DNA of 64,000 nt. It comes from Caecitellus pseudoparvulus (Eukaryota; Protista; Bigyra: Bicosoecida). The notes under the pieces are model-generated. The model did not search any database and was not told where the DNA came from. It worked only from the letters and a program-made list of their open reading frames with translations. The DNA lies in contig CBFFRQ010000067.1 in the NCBI GenBank assembly GCA_965644315.1, forward strand, positions 372,001-436,000, read 5' to 3'. This document shows positions 33,585 to 44,100 of the stretch, piece after piece (the first letter of the stretch is position 1; every line of letters begins with the position of its first letter). The translations under genes and the position numbers were made by a program.

Positions 33585-35496
33585 ATGGACAGCAGCACTG
33601 GCGCCGCAGAGGGCGTGGTGGCGTCTGGATCAGGCACAAGCGCACCATCTGGCTGGGACACGGGAGCTTCACACAAGCCATTGCACTTCAGCAGTCGGCG
33701 CAGCACAGTGTACGCGCCACCAGGTGGGGGCATGGTAGCTTCCACACAGCCCCTGGCATGTGATATAGGTGTTGATGTCCTCAAATCCGGCGGCAATGCC
33801 ATGGATGCGGCCGTGGCCATGGCTGCAGCCCTGAATGGTGCGTGCGGAATTCGCTCGTGACGTGGCGCACTACCACAGCACCAGAGCTCACCCCACAGTG
33901 ATGGAGCCGACCAGCACGGGCATTGGAGGTGATTGTTTTGCGTTGTACTTTGACGCCTCAACCGGCACCGTGCATGGGATGAATGGGGCTGGCAAGTCGC
34001 CCGCTGCCTTGACGCTGGAGCGAGCGAGGCAAGACTGTCTTGGGGCGGACGCTGCAGGCGCGCCACCCGCAAGTTCGATTTCAGGCCCAGGCACAGCGTT
34101 GCCGAAGGACCATGCACATGCAGTGACGGTGCCTGGTGCCGCCTCAGGGTGGCTCTTCGCGCTGGACAAGTGGGGCAGTCGCGCCGCCTCTGAGGTCCTG
34201 GAGCCAGCTGCAGCGCTGGCTGAGCGGGGATACCCCATCAGCACCATCACTGCCAACAGTTGGGCGGCACAGGCGCCCACCCTCCGTGCAGTGAATGGTG
34301 TCAGTCTGGCAGATGACGCGGTGCCCGACGGCTCTCCATGGCCTGTTGCCGGGCCCATCGCACCTCATCCTCGGTGCGCCTTCCTTCGACCAGACGGCAG
34401 TGCCCCGGCCGAAGGGGACCTGATGACCAACCCAGACCTGGCCAGGACACTGAGAGATGTGGCCACGGCAGGGCACGCGGCGTTCTACAAGGGCCGCATC
34501 GCTGAGGCCATCGTGGAGGCGGTGCAGAGCAGGGGCGGCGTGCTGAGCTTGGATGATCTGGCAGATCAAGCCGCTGAGCAAGTCACGCCGCTGTCTGTGC
34601 GGTACCGGGGGGTGGATGTGTGGGAAATCCCCCCTGCGGGGCAGGGCATAGTTGCACTCATGGCCCTCAACACGCTGCAGCACCACGACCTGTCCAACGC
34701 TGGCAAGCCCGGCAAGCTGACCACAGCTCAGTACGTGCACACGCAGGTCCAGGCTCTCAGACTCGCCTTTGCGGATGGGAGGATGCACATTTGCGACCCT
34801 GAACACGCCCAGGTGTCCCCATCTGACCTGCTCGATGCAGCCTACGGAGAGCAACGGGCCGGGCTCATCCACCCAACATCGAAGTGCGCGCCTGTGGAGG
34901 GCGGCTTCCCAGTGCACAGCAGCGACACGGTGAGCTTCCAGGTCGTGGACGGAGCAGGCAATGCTGTGTCCTTCATCAACAGCAACTACACTGGGTTTGG
35001 GTCGTGCATCGTGCCGCGTGGCTGCGGCTTCACGCTGCAGAACCGCGGCGCGAACTTCTCCCTGACACCCGGCCACCCCAACGCCGTGGCACCGCGCAAG
35101 GCCCCCTACCACACCATCATCCCTGGCATGATTACAGAGGAAGGGCGCCTGTGGGCGACATTCTCGGTCATGGGCGGCTTCATGCAGCCACAGGGCCACG
35201 TGCAGGTGGTGTGCAGTATGGTGGACGGCGGGCTGGGTCCGCAGGAGGCCTTGGATGCTCCGCGCTTCTGCTTGCCGGCCGGCACGGGCGATTGCGAAGT
35301 GGCCGTGGAGCCAGGACTGGAGTCAGCGGAGCTGACAGCTCTGCAGGGCACGGTGCACAGCGTGCAGGGGTGGGGCAGGTCCCTGTTCGGGAGGGGGCAA
35401 GTGATTCGGGCGTTGCCAGGCGGCGTGCTGGCCGGCGGCTCGGACGGGCGTGGCGACGGCTGTGCCGTCGCAACGGGCGTACTGTGCTCGAAGTGA
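33585..35496 (+). CDS. Gamma-glutamyltransferase-family Ntn hydrolase (YwrD/HpxW-like subgroup, no membrane anchor); 2 exons
   Basis: Intron 33838..33898. [10 protein letters not shown]...[10 protein letters not shown], nucleophile [29 protein letters not shown] and SDGRGDG. Confidence 0.92.
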
Positions 35497-35526
35497 TGGG
35501 TGGGTGGCCATGCGTTGTGTGTCGCG

Positions 35527-35534
35527 AATGCATT
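35527..35534. terminator. Palindromic AATGCATT, candidate bidirectional 3'-end/poly(A) signal for GGT and RFC2
   Basis: 30 nt after the GGT stop on +, and overlapping the RFC2 TGA on -. Confidence 0.45.
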
Positions 35535-36727
35535 CAGGCTCTGGCCGCTGCCGCTTCGGCGGCTTTGTGGGACACGGTGCACAGGCGCGCGAGCAGTCCC
35601 TGCAACTGCAGCGACGAGGCCACGCCTTCAGCAATGCGCATGTGAGTGAAGCCAATGTGTTTCAGGAACTCCAACTGCTTGGCTTCCGGCATGTCAAAGG
35701 TGCGCGTGACTCTGAAGATGGTGCCGATGATGTCAACTGGCGCGTACCCTTCGTTCACGAGGGACATGAGGTGCCCCAGCCCGCCGTCGATGTCTCCGTC
35801 ACTGCAGCACCGCACGATTTCTCGCACGGTGACGGGGTGGGGCTGGTCACACACTTTGAAGACGGTGGCTTCCGTCACGATGCCGAATCCGGCATACGTG
35901 GACTGCAAGTTGTTCAGGGCGTTTCGCATGTCGCCTTCAGCAGTGAACAGCAGCGCCTCCAGCCCCGCGTCTTCCCGCGGAATGCCCTCCATGTCTGCCA
36001 CTTCGATGAGGCGCTTCAGCACCTGCTTGTCTGACAGCCGTGTGTACCGCAGGATGGCGCAGCGGGACTGGATGGGTTCGATGATCTTCGTGCTGTTGTT
36101 GCAGGCAAAGGCGAAGCGGGTGGTGGAGGAGTACAGCTCCATGGTGCGCCGCATGGCCTGCTGGGCAGCAGGGGTCATGCTGTCCGCCTCATCCAGAATG
36201 ACGATTTTGTGGCGGTTGGGCGGCAGCGTCACCTTCTTCTGGGCGAACATCTTGATCTTGCTGCGCACGACGTCGATCCCGCGGTCGTCTGACGCGTTCA
36301 GCTCCAGCACGGCATCCTTCACAGCGTCACCCAGCAGCTGTCGCGACAGGCACAGGATGCTCGTCGTCTTGCCCGTTCCTGGGGGACCCTGTGCCAGGCA
36401 AGTGCGCCACTCAAATGCGGTTGGCGCCCTGCGGGGAGGGCTGCGCCGCGACGCACCGCGATGATGATGTTGTTCATGTTGCCTTGTGCAGCAATGTGTC
36501 CCAGACGTTCCACTGTCTCCTCGTTGCCCACGATGTCAGAAAGCTGCAAGGGCGGCGTGCTTGGGACGTTCGCTGCCCGCCTTGCGTTCCACTGGCGTTT
36601 CACGTACCACCTGCGGCCGATACTTCTCCACGTACGGCACGTCAATCGTCACGCCCACCTTGGCAACAGCTGCGTCAACTGCCTCGGCCCCTACGTCCTC
36701 GTGTGTGTCGGTCTCAATTGCAGCCAT
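35534..36727 (-). CDS. RFC2: Replication factor C small subunit (human RFC2 / yeast Rfc4 type); 3 exons
   Basis: Introns 36544..36607 and 36389..36456. [46 protein letters not shown] and SRC. Confidence 0.95.
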
Positions 36728-37231
36728 GTCGCTGCTAAAGTGTGGTGCGTCCCCTGGCGTGCCCAATCAAAGTGCAGGAGGGGCTCTGGCAGCGCACAGA
36801 GCGGGCGCTGTCCTCCGCGCGAGTTTACTTTCTCGAGGAGACCGCTGGAATGGAACTCTGTGGCAGTGTGCTTTTTGCAGGATGAAAGTTGTGCCCTTTC
36901 CGTTTTGGCAGGTGTGGCGTAACCGCACACCGACATGAGCCATGCTCCGCACAGTTCTACGCGGCAGCCATTTCCCAGACGCAGGAGGCTTGCATCAATG
37001 GCCCTGCACTATGTTGCCAAGTACAGACACGAAAAGATCCAGGCTGGTTACCTGCTCCGGCCACAGTGCCGAGGCGGGCATCTCAGCCAGGTTCACGACT
37101 CACAGCGAGGTGTGCCCTCCAACCTCACTGAAACTGCAGTGCAAAGGAGGTGACAGTCCCGCACTCTCTTTTGCGTATTGATTGGACGTGTGAGATTATA
37201 TCAAGCTCTCTCCTTCTCCGACTGCTCGAAC

Positions 37232-38128
37232 ATGGCAGGCGCAAAGGTGCGGACCAGTATGCGAAACTCTCGTGCACGAAACGCCAGCAGCAGTTGCCCA
37301 CGCGCCCAGCGGTGCACAGCCGAAAGGGGCTCTGAACGTGAAGCGGAGGACGTGGGACACAGAGGACTATGAAGCCAAAGCCAAGGCTCGAGCTGCAGCC
37401 GAGGAGGTGGGCGCGGCCACCGCCACCAAGACGTGGAAGGACCCGGCCAACTACATCGATGCGCCGGAGGGTGTGGAGCGGGTGCCCGGGTCCAGGCGCG
37501 GGTACTTGCAGGCGCCCCAAATTATGCCTGATTTAGAGAAGCACCTGCACCAACGTGTGGTGCGTGCCCCTGCGTGCTGTGTCCAGTGCGTTGTCTGTGG
37601 CAAGTTTCCGCGCCCGCTGTGCAGGTCGTGGCGGACACGGACGATGGACCCGCCTCCACGACGGCCTTCAAGTCCAAGCAGACTGGCGTCGTGGTGAAGG
37701 ACTCCCTGGCATACCTAGATCACATCCACGGCAAGAAGCACCAGCGCACTCAGGGCCTGAGCATGCGTGTCAAGGCCAGCACGGAGTCCGACGTGCGCTC
37801 CAAGCTGGCCGCCTTGCGCCAGAAACGCTCCAGGGACAGTGCCGCGACGAAAGCTGCCGGGGCTGGTGCACGGTCGGAGGTGTTGCAGGAGAAGCTTGCG
37901 GCGTACGAGGCTCGAGTGGCCGAGGCGCAGGCAGCTCGCGCCAAGCGCCCGCGAAGGGGCGGGGAGCAGGGCGAAGAGAAATCAAATGAAGGGGCGTCGG
38001 CGAAGAGCCCAGCGGGCGCGTCCGATGCAGGGCAGGCACCACAGGGGCAGGCCCCCGCTGAAGACGACGAGGCGGCGGCCATGGCTGCTATGATGGGGTT
38101 CAGCAGCTTCGCAGCAGGGAAGGACTGA
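37232..38128 (+). CDS. ZMAT2: Snu23/ZMAT2 spliceosomal protein; 3 exons
   Basis: Introns 37247..37319 and 37560..37624. RRTWDTEDYE, VVKDSLAYLDHIHGKKHQR..GLSMRV and C-terminal MAAMMGFSSF. Confidence 0.85.
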
Positions 38129-38188
38129 CGCGGTTGGGCAGCGAGATGCACTTTTGCGTCGTGACCAGCACAGTGCTTCTGTGATGGG

Positions 38189-38196
38189 AATGCATT
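38189..38196. terminator. Palindromic AATGCATT, candidate bidirectional 3'-end/poly(A) signal for ZMAT2 and the 2604-aa gene
   Basis: 60 nt after the ZMAT2 stop on +, and 1 nt after the TAA of the - gene. Confidence 0.45.
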
Positions 38197-38197
38197 T

Positions 38198-41100
38198 TTA
38201 GGATTGAGAGGTCTGCTGGGACTCGTGAGTGTCCTCAGAGGACTCCTGCTGTGAGTCTGATCCCTCGCTCGCTCTGGGCGAGGGGGGTGCACAGCTAGGC
38301 ACGGGGGGTGCCCGCAGCGCTGCGAAGGCGTCGGGCAACCACATGGTCGGCTGGTCGCAGCAGACGGCCCTGAACACCTTGTCTTGTCCCGGGTCAGCAG
38401 TGGGTGTTTCGCCCCGCAGTTGCGCCGCCCGCACCTGTGCCGCAGCCACGTCAGCTGCCTCAGAGGAGGGGGGTTGGTGGAACTTGAAGTGCATGAGGGC
38501 GGATGCCACGTCCAGGTCGGGGTGTTGCCACTCGTCGCCCCGCTGCCACTTGGCGTGCCGCCAGGCGGTGGCGTCCTCAGGTGGGCAGCTGGGCACCTCA
38601 GTCACAGCGGCAACGGTGGATGGGGCAAGGCCTGGGATGCCGTGGCGAGGGCCAGCCGATGGCTGGGGCAGCGGGTGCGTCTCCACGTCACCCGCTTGCG
38701 TCGGCTGCACTGCCACGATGTGCACGTTTGGGGCGGCGTCGGGGATGAGGGGCACGCCCAGTCCTGCCAGAGCCTGCGTGTTGGGGCCTGGTCGTGGCGC
38801 TGTGGGGGGCAAGAGGTCCCCCCACTCCTCAACATCGCTCACCTGCGGCAGGCCTGACTGCTGCATGGCCTCAGGCAGGGGCGTGCCGCTGCTGGACACG
38901 GGCGCGATCTGCACCGGCACGACGGAGCCCGGGCCAGGCAGAGCGTCCGACCTGGGAGCAGCACCCCCCGTCAGGATGCGGACGGGGGCATCCAGGAGCA
39001 GCGAGTGCATGGCTAAGGCGTCAGGCTCGGAGGCTGGGGCAGTGGAGGGCTGCGGCAGGCTGTGGGCCGCGTCCAGAGTGTCGGCGAGGGGGCCTCCGTA
39101 GGGCACGTGCCCGCCCAGTCCGCCCAGTGCCGCGTCGTAGCAGCTGGCCACCGCCACGTGAGCGGCCAGCGCGTCCCCCAGGCGGCCACGCTTGACGCCA
39201 CGGGTGACTCCCACAACCCCACGTCGCTTGCCACGCCAAGCTGCTGCGTTTGCAGCCCCCGCTTGCACCCCCCTCACAGTGTGTGGAACATTGCCTTGAC
39301 GCGAGGAAGTGTTGGCGTGTGGCTTGGCCAGCGCGGACAAGGCGGCCTCCACGGCCACCTGCTGGGCTGGCGTTCCCTTGGGCGGTGGCGCGGTGCCCGC
39401 CCCCAGCCCGTCAGCACTGGCGCACGCCACGCCCACGACAGCTCGTTGCAGTGCACGCAAGTGGGGTGTCGCGGCCTTGCCAGCCTCAGTGGCTTGCTTG
39501 CTCCCCGCGCCAGGGGCTGACGCCGCCCCCCCGGCGCCCCCGCCTTTGCGGCCTTTGGCAGGGCCAGGCCGTGGGGCACGCACCATGCTCGCACGTGCTG
39601 CTGCAGTGAGGGCAGCGCCCTCGCAGCGCTGAGCAGCAGCTTGAAGCTGCTTGGACTTCGTGGCCTTGCGTTGGCCTTGCGTGGACAGGGCATCCGCGCC
39701 TTGCAGAGCACAGGCCCCCAGCACCCGTGCCTGCTGCTGGGTCAGCGCAAGGGGGTTGCGGTTGCTGTGGCCCACCCCCAGCAGCCGCTGCTGCGCGAAG
39801 AGCGAGGTGGGGGAGGGGGGGTCAGCGGCCGGAGGGGGGGGTGCTGCGATGCGCAGGCCAGCAGCGTCGAAGGTCGGCGGGGGCAGTGTCAGCACCCGGT
39901 CCAAGTCCTTGTCTGTCTGTCGTTGGACCAGCTGTCGGGCTTGGCTGCAGTCCTCTGCTTCGTACTGCAGCTCAGCAGGCACTCCGGCCGTGATGCCCGC
40001 CACCACCAGGCCTCCTTCGCTGGCCAAGTGCCCAAATGACCCAGATGCGTCCTTGCGGGCTGGCAGGTGCGGGCCGCCCAGGGCTGAGATGCGTTCGGCT
40101 TCCTCCTGCAGCGTCGGGTGGCGCAGGCTGTGTGGCTTCAAAGCTGCGCTTGCCTGGGGTTCAGGGGCAGCTCCGAGGCGGGCGGTGCCGGGGCCCGACA
40201 CCACCTGCGCTCCCGTCTCGCGGCGAGAGGCGCTGGCTGCTGCGTGGAGGGCGAACCGCCCACCATGCACTGGTGGCAAGGCACCTGCAGGCTGGCCGGG
40301 GGCTGGCAGCGCGTGAGTGCCGCCTGGGTGTGGCACAAAGCCCCCTCCCACCCAGTCCTCGCCGGCTGTGGGCTTGGTGGCAGTGAGGTAGCCACGCACC
40401 TGGGCGATGTTGTGGGGCGCCGTGGGAGCAGTGTCCACCTGCGCGTCTGGAAGGTTCTCAGGCAAAGCCGCCTGCCAAGCCTGCTGCGCGAGTGTGCCTG
40501 TCATGTGCTCAGGCGCATGGGGCGGGCCCGAGGAAGGCGTGTGTGCTCCCAGCACTGCATGTGGTAGTGACGAAACACTGGATGGTGGCAGGCTGCCGAA
40601 GGCGTGTGCTGCAGCGTACTCGTACTGCTCCCCGTGCTCACGGCGCAGTGCGGCGTCCACAGCCACCTCCTCGGCCAGGGACACGAACCGACGGCGGTGG
40701 GGGCGGGGGGACTCCACATCGCTGTCCCCTCCTGCCTCGTGTCCGGGCCTTGCCGAGGCGCCACCCGGCCCCGCAGACCCATCCTGCCACACCGCTCGCT
40801 TCTGCCGAGTGGCACCCAGCTTGGGCATGGCCTGGATCTCACGCCCCTGCCCAGGCAGCCGCACAGCCGGCTCGGACAGCAGTGCGCGCCGAGGGAAGGG
40901 TGCGTGTTTCTCCCGCACAGCCTTGGCGAAGGGGTGCGCATGGCTGGCCTCCAGCTGCGGCATGCCGCTGTGCACCTTGCCACCGCCCAGCGCTCGTCGC
41001 TGTGTGCGGTTGAACAGGAGCGCAAAGTGCAGTGCAGCAGCACGGGAGGGGGGCGGCGTGCCCACAGCCGCTGTCGCCTCCTCATCCCCACCCACGGCAC

Positions 41101-44100
41101 TGGCCGCAGCCTGCAAGATGCTGGCCACCTCGGCCAGGGCAGACGGCGTCTGGGGCAGCAGTGGCGGCAGTGGGAGAGGCAGTGTCGCTCCGTGCGGCAG
41201 TGGCACCTGCAGCGCACCCGGTGGAGGAGGGGTGGTGGCGTCCCCTGCACTCGTCGGGCGGGCCCCGCTCAAACTCAGGTCGCTGTGGCCTGCCGCCTGC
41301 AGCGCCGCCCGCAGTTCATCGGCGAAGGCTGCCTGCGCCACGAGCGGCTCGCTGGCATCTGCCCCTGGCACATACACAGCGTGCAGCGGGCACACGTAGC
41401 AGGCGGGGTCCCAGCAGTGGTCGTCTGGGAACTCCTTCGGGCAGCCGCACGCGAAACAGTGCGCAGAGGGCGGCGCCAGGTCCACGGCTGCTCCGCCGTA
41501 CGGTCGTTGGTGCCGTGGCCCCTCACCCGGCCCCTGCACCGCCGTGCCCCACACGCCCGCTCGCCCGTCCACGCTGTCGTCGTCATCGCCATCGTCTTGC
41601 CAGCCCAAGGTGGTCGCCGTGCGAGGGGCGTCCTCTGGCAGCAGGGGCGAGCCAGCGGGCCCCACTGGCACCGTGCGGCCGTGGATGGGGGGCACGACGC
41701 CGTCTGCATCCTCAGCCGCATCCACCAGGATCACCTTGCCCTCTGCCGTCGTCACACGCACCTGGCAAGTGGCCGTCACGCCACCCCGCCCTGGCTGCGC
41801 CACCGTCACACACGAATCTTGCACGGGGGGGCGCCCAAACAAATGCTTGGCAACTTCCCAGTGCGGGACATCCCGCAGCGCCCACGGCAGGGACCCCAGG
41901 CTGGCAGGCGCGCCGTTGCCCACTGCTGGCCCGCTGCTGTGCTGCGCGCCTGCCAGGGCAGCTGCGCCTGCCCCGTTATCGTACAGCTTGCCGCCGCCTG
42001 GGCCTTCCTCGTCCGAGCTGGAGTCGGACACGATCTCACCTCGCACCTGTGCCGCGGCCCTGCGCAGACGACCCGCCCCCAGTCGCACGATGCCATACGG
42101 ACGCCCCCCCTCCTGCACCAGGCGCTGCAGCCCCTGCATGGGGCTGGCCAGGGATGTCCCGGGGTCAGTGCTGGTGCCGCCGGTGTCTGCTGTGCCCGTG
42201 CTCTGAGCCTCCGCAGCGTCCGCCTCCGCCAGCTGAGCTCGCAGGCGCCTGATGGCGTCGGGCGCTGCCTCCTCATCCTCTGGCCCCAGCCCCCGCAGGC
42301 GCTTGGTCAAGGTCTTCTTCACAGTCCCCTCCAGCGTTGCGATAGCGGGCAGCACGTCAGGCGGGCCGTGCCCTGGCAGGTCCAGGAACCGCCCCCGCTT
42401 GGAAATGTCCGGGCGGCTCTCCCACCGCATGCGCTCATGCACACGGCTGACTTGGTCTCGAAGACGGTCCTTGTAGCTCAGCGCAGCACACCACGCCTCA
42501 AACGGGAGGGGCTTGAAGCCCCGCCGACGGGAGTAGTCCACGAACGCGGCGTGGTACGCCACACGCTCCAGGCGTTTCTTCGCATGTGCCGCTGCTCGGA
42601 GGCGCTTGTTCTTCGTTCCACCGCGCTCATCCACATCCTCCTCCGCACTTGCCGCAGGGGGCGCACCGCCCAGTCCACCACCTGCCTTGGCAACCGTGCT
42701 GCCCTGCCCCGCACTCGCTGACAGCGCTTCCGCTTCCACGCCCAGCAAGGCACAGGCTTCGCGCAGGGAGTCTGGGAGGGCGTCCCCTGGCAGGCCTGCA
42801 GCCTCCATGGCTCCGCGCACGAGGGAGCCAGCGGAGCCCGACACAGCAGCCAGGCTGGACAGCGCCCGCGCCACGACGGCAGGGTGCCGCAGCAATGCCT
42901 CCGGGTCCACTCGGAACACCTGCACTGTGGCGGCTGAGTCGTGGGCAGCGTGGCCGTCCGCAGCGTTGGAGGGGGGGGTGTACCCCACCGGGCCCGAGAT
43001 GTACATGGTGCTGTCCGGAGGGGGCCCCTCTGAGGAAGGCGTGGAGGAGCGGGAGGCGGGCCCCAGGTCGGCCACGGTGTACCCGTGCTGGAGCAGGGAG
43101 GTGGACGGGACGGGCTTGCCAGCCATGCTGCGCAGGGATCCGTCTGGGAACAGCAGCACGAACACAGTGTGGTTCGTGGTGGTGTGTTTCTTCTGCTTGC
43201 CCTTGTGCTTCGCAGCCTTGCCTGCCCGAGGGGGTGCCGTGCCTGAGCTGTGGCTCCTGGTGTCACTGGGAGTCGGCGAGGGCGACTTGCTGGGGCCACG
43301 GTGGCTGCGATCTTGCATCGTTCTGGCCTGGGACTCTGTGCTAGCTGGTCCGATGCCGCTCGCTGGTCCGGGTGTTGGGCGCTTGGCGGCTGGCGCGGCC
43401 ACAGCCTCAGCCCTACCCCGCTTACGACCACCTCCACGTGACTGGCCGCTGGAAGTGCTTTTGGGGGATGCGGCTGGCCCCGGCTTCTGTGAGCGACTCG
43501 ATGCCTTGGAAGGGGGGTTCGCGGAAGCAGCTTTCAGCTCGGGCGCTTTGGGGCTGCTGCTGACCTCAGGCTGGGCAGCAGTGGTTGACTTGGCAGGTGC
43601 GGGAGGGACAGGGGCCTCCGGTGAAGTTGACTGCTGTGACCTGGCAAGTTTTTGGTCAGGCAGAGAGGGAGCAGTGGCAGTTGGCACAGGGAGCACGCTA
43701 GTCAGTGCTGGAGCAGCTCCAGTGGGTGGCGGGGACGGCGTGGGGGGCGTGGGCTTGGGGCTCCACACCCCCTCCCCATCCACGGACCGTGCCCATTTCT
43801 GAGCCGTGTCGGGGGCGCCAAGCCCGGCCTGCAAGCCTGCAACGGCGGCAGCGGTGACGCCCTGCCCCATGTCGGCGAGCAAGGCGCCGACAGTGCTGGT
43901 GCTGTCGGTGGAGGAGGCCTGTGAGTCACCCCCAGCCTCAGCTGCGACGGCTGAGTCACTCTCCGCCGCACCCTCATCCCCGCCTGCTGGCTCCTCGCCA
44001 GCGGCGTCGGCCCCATACTGCACTGGTTTGCGCGACCTGCTGCTGCGACGGCGCTCGTTGGCCGCCAACTTGGCAGCAAGTGCCGCATCAGCCGCCTGCA

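Noticed and set aside
37560-37624. Cys-rich reading (ACCVQCVVC) in ZMAT2 intron 2 as a source of the missing zinc ligands
   Set aside because: The intron is 65 nt, so retention frameshifts, and the cysteines are not in register with the His pair.
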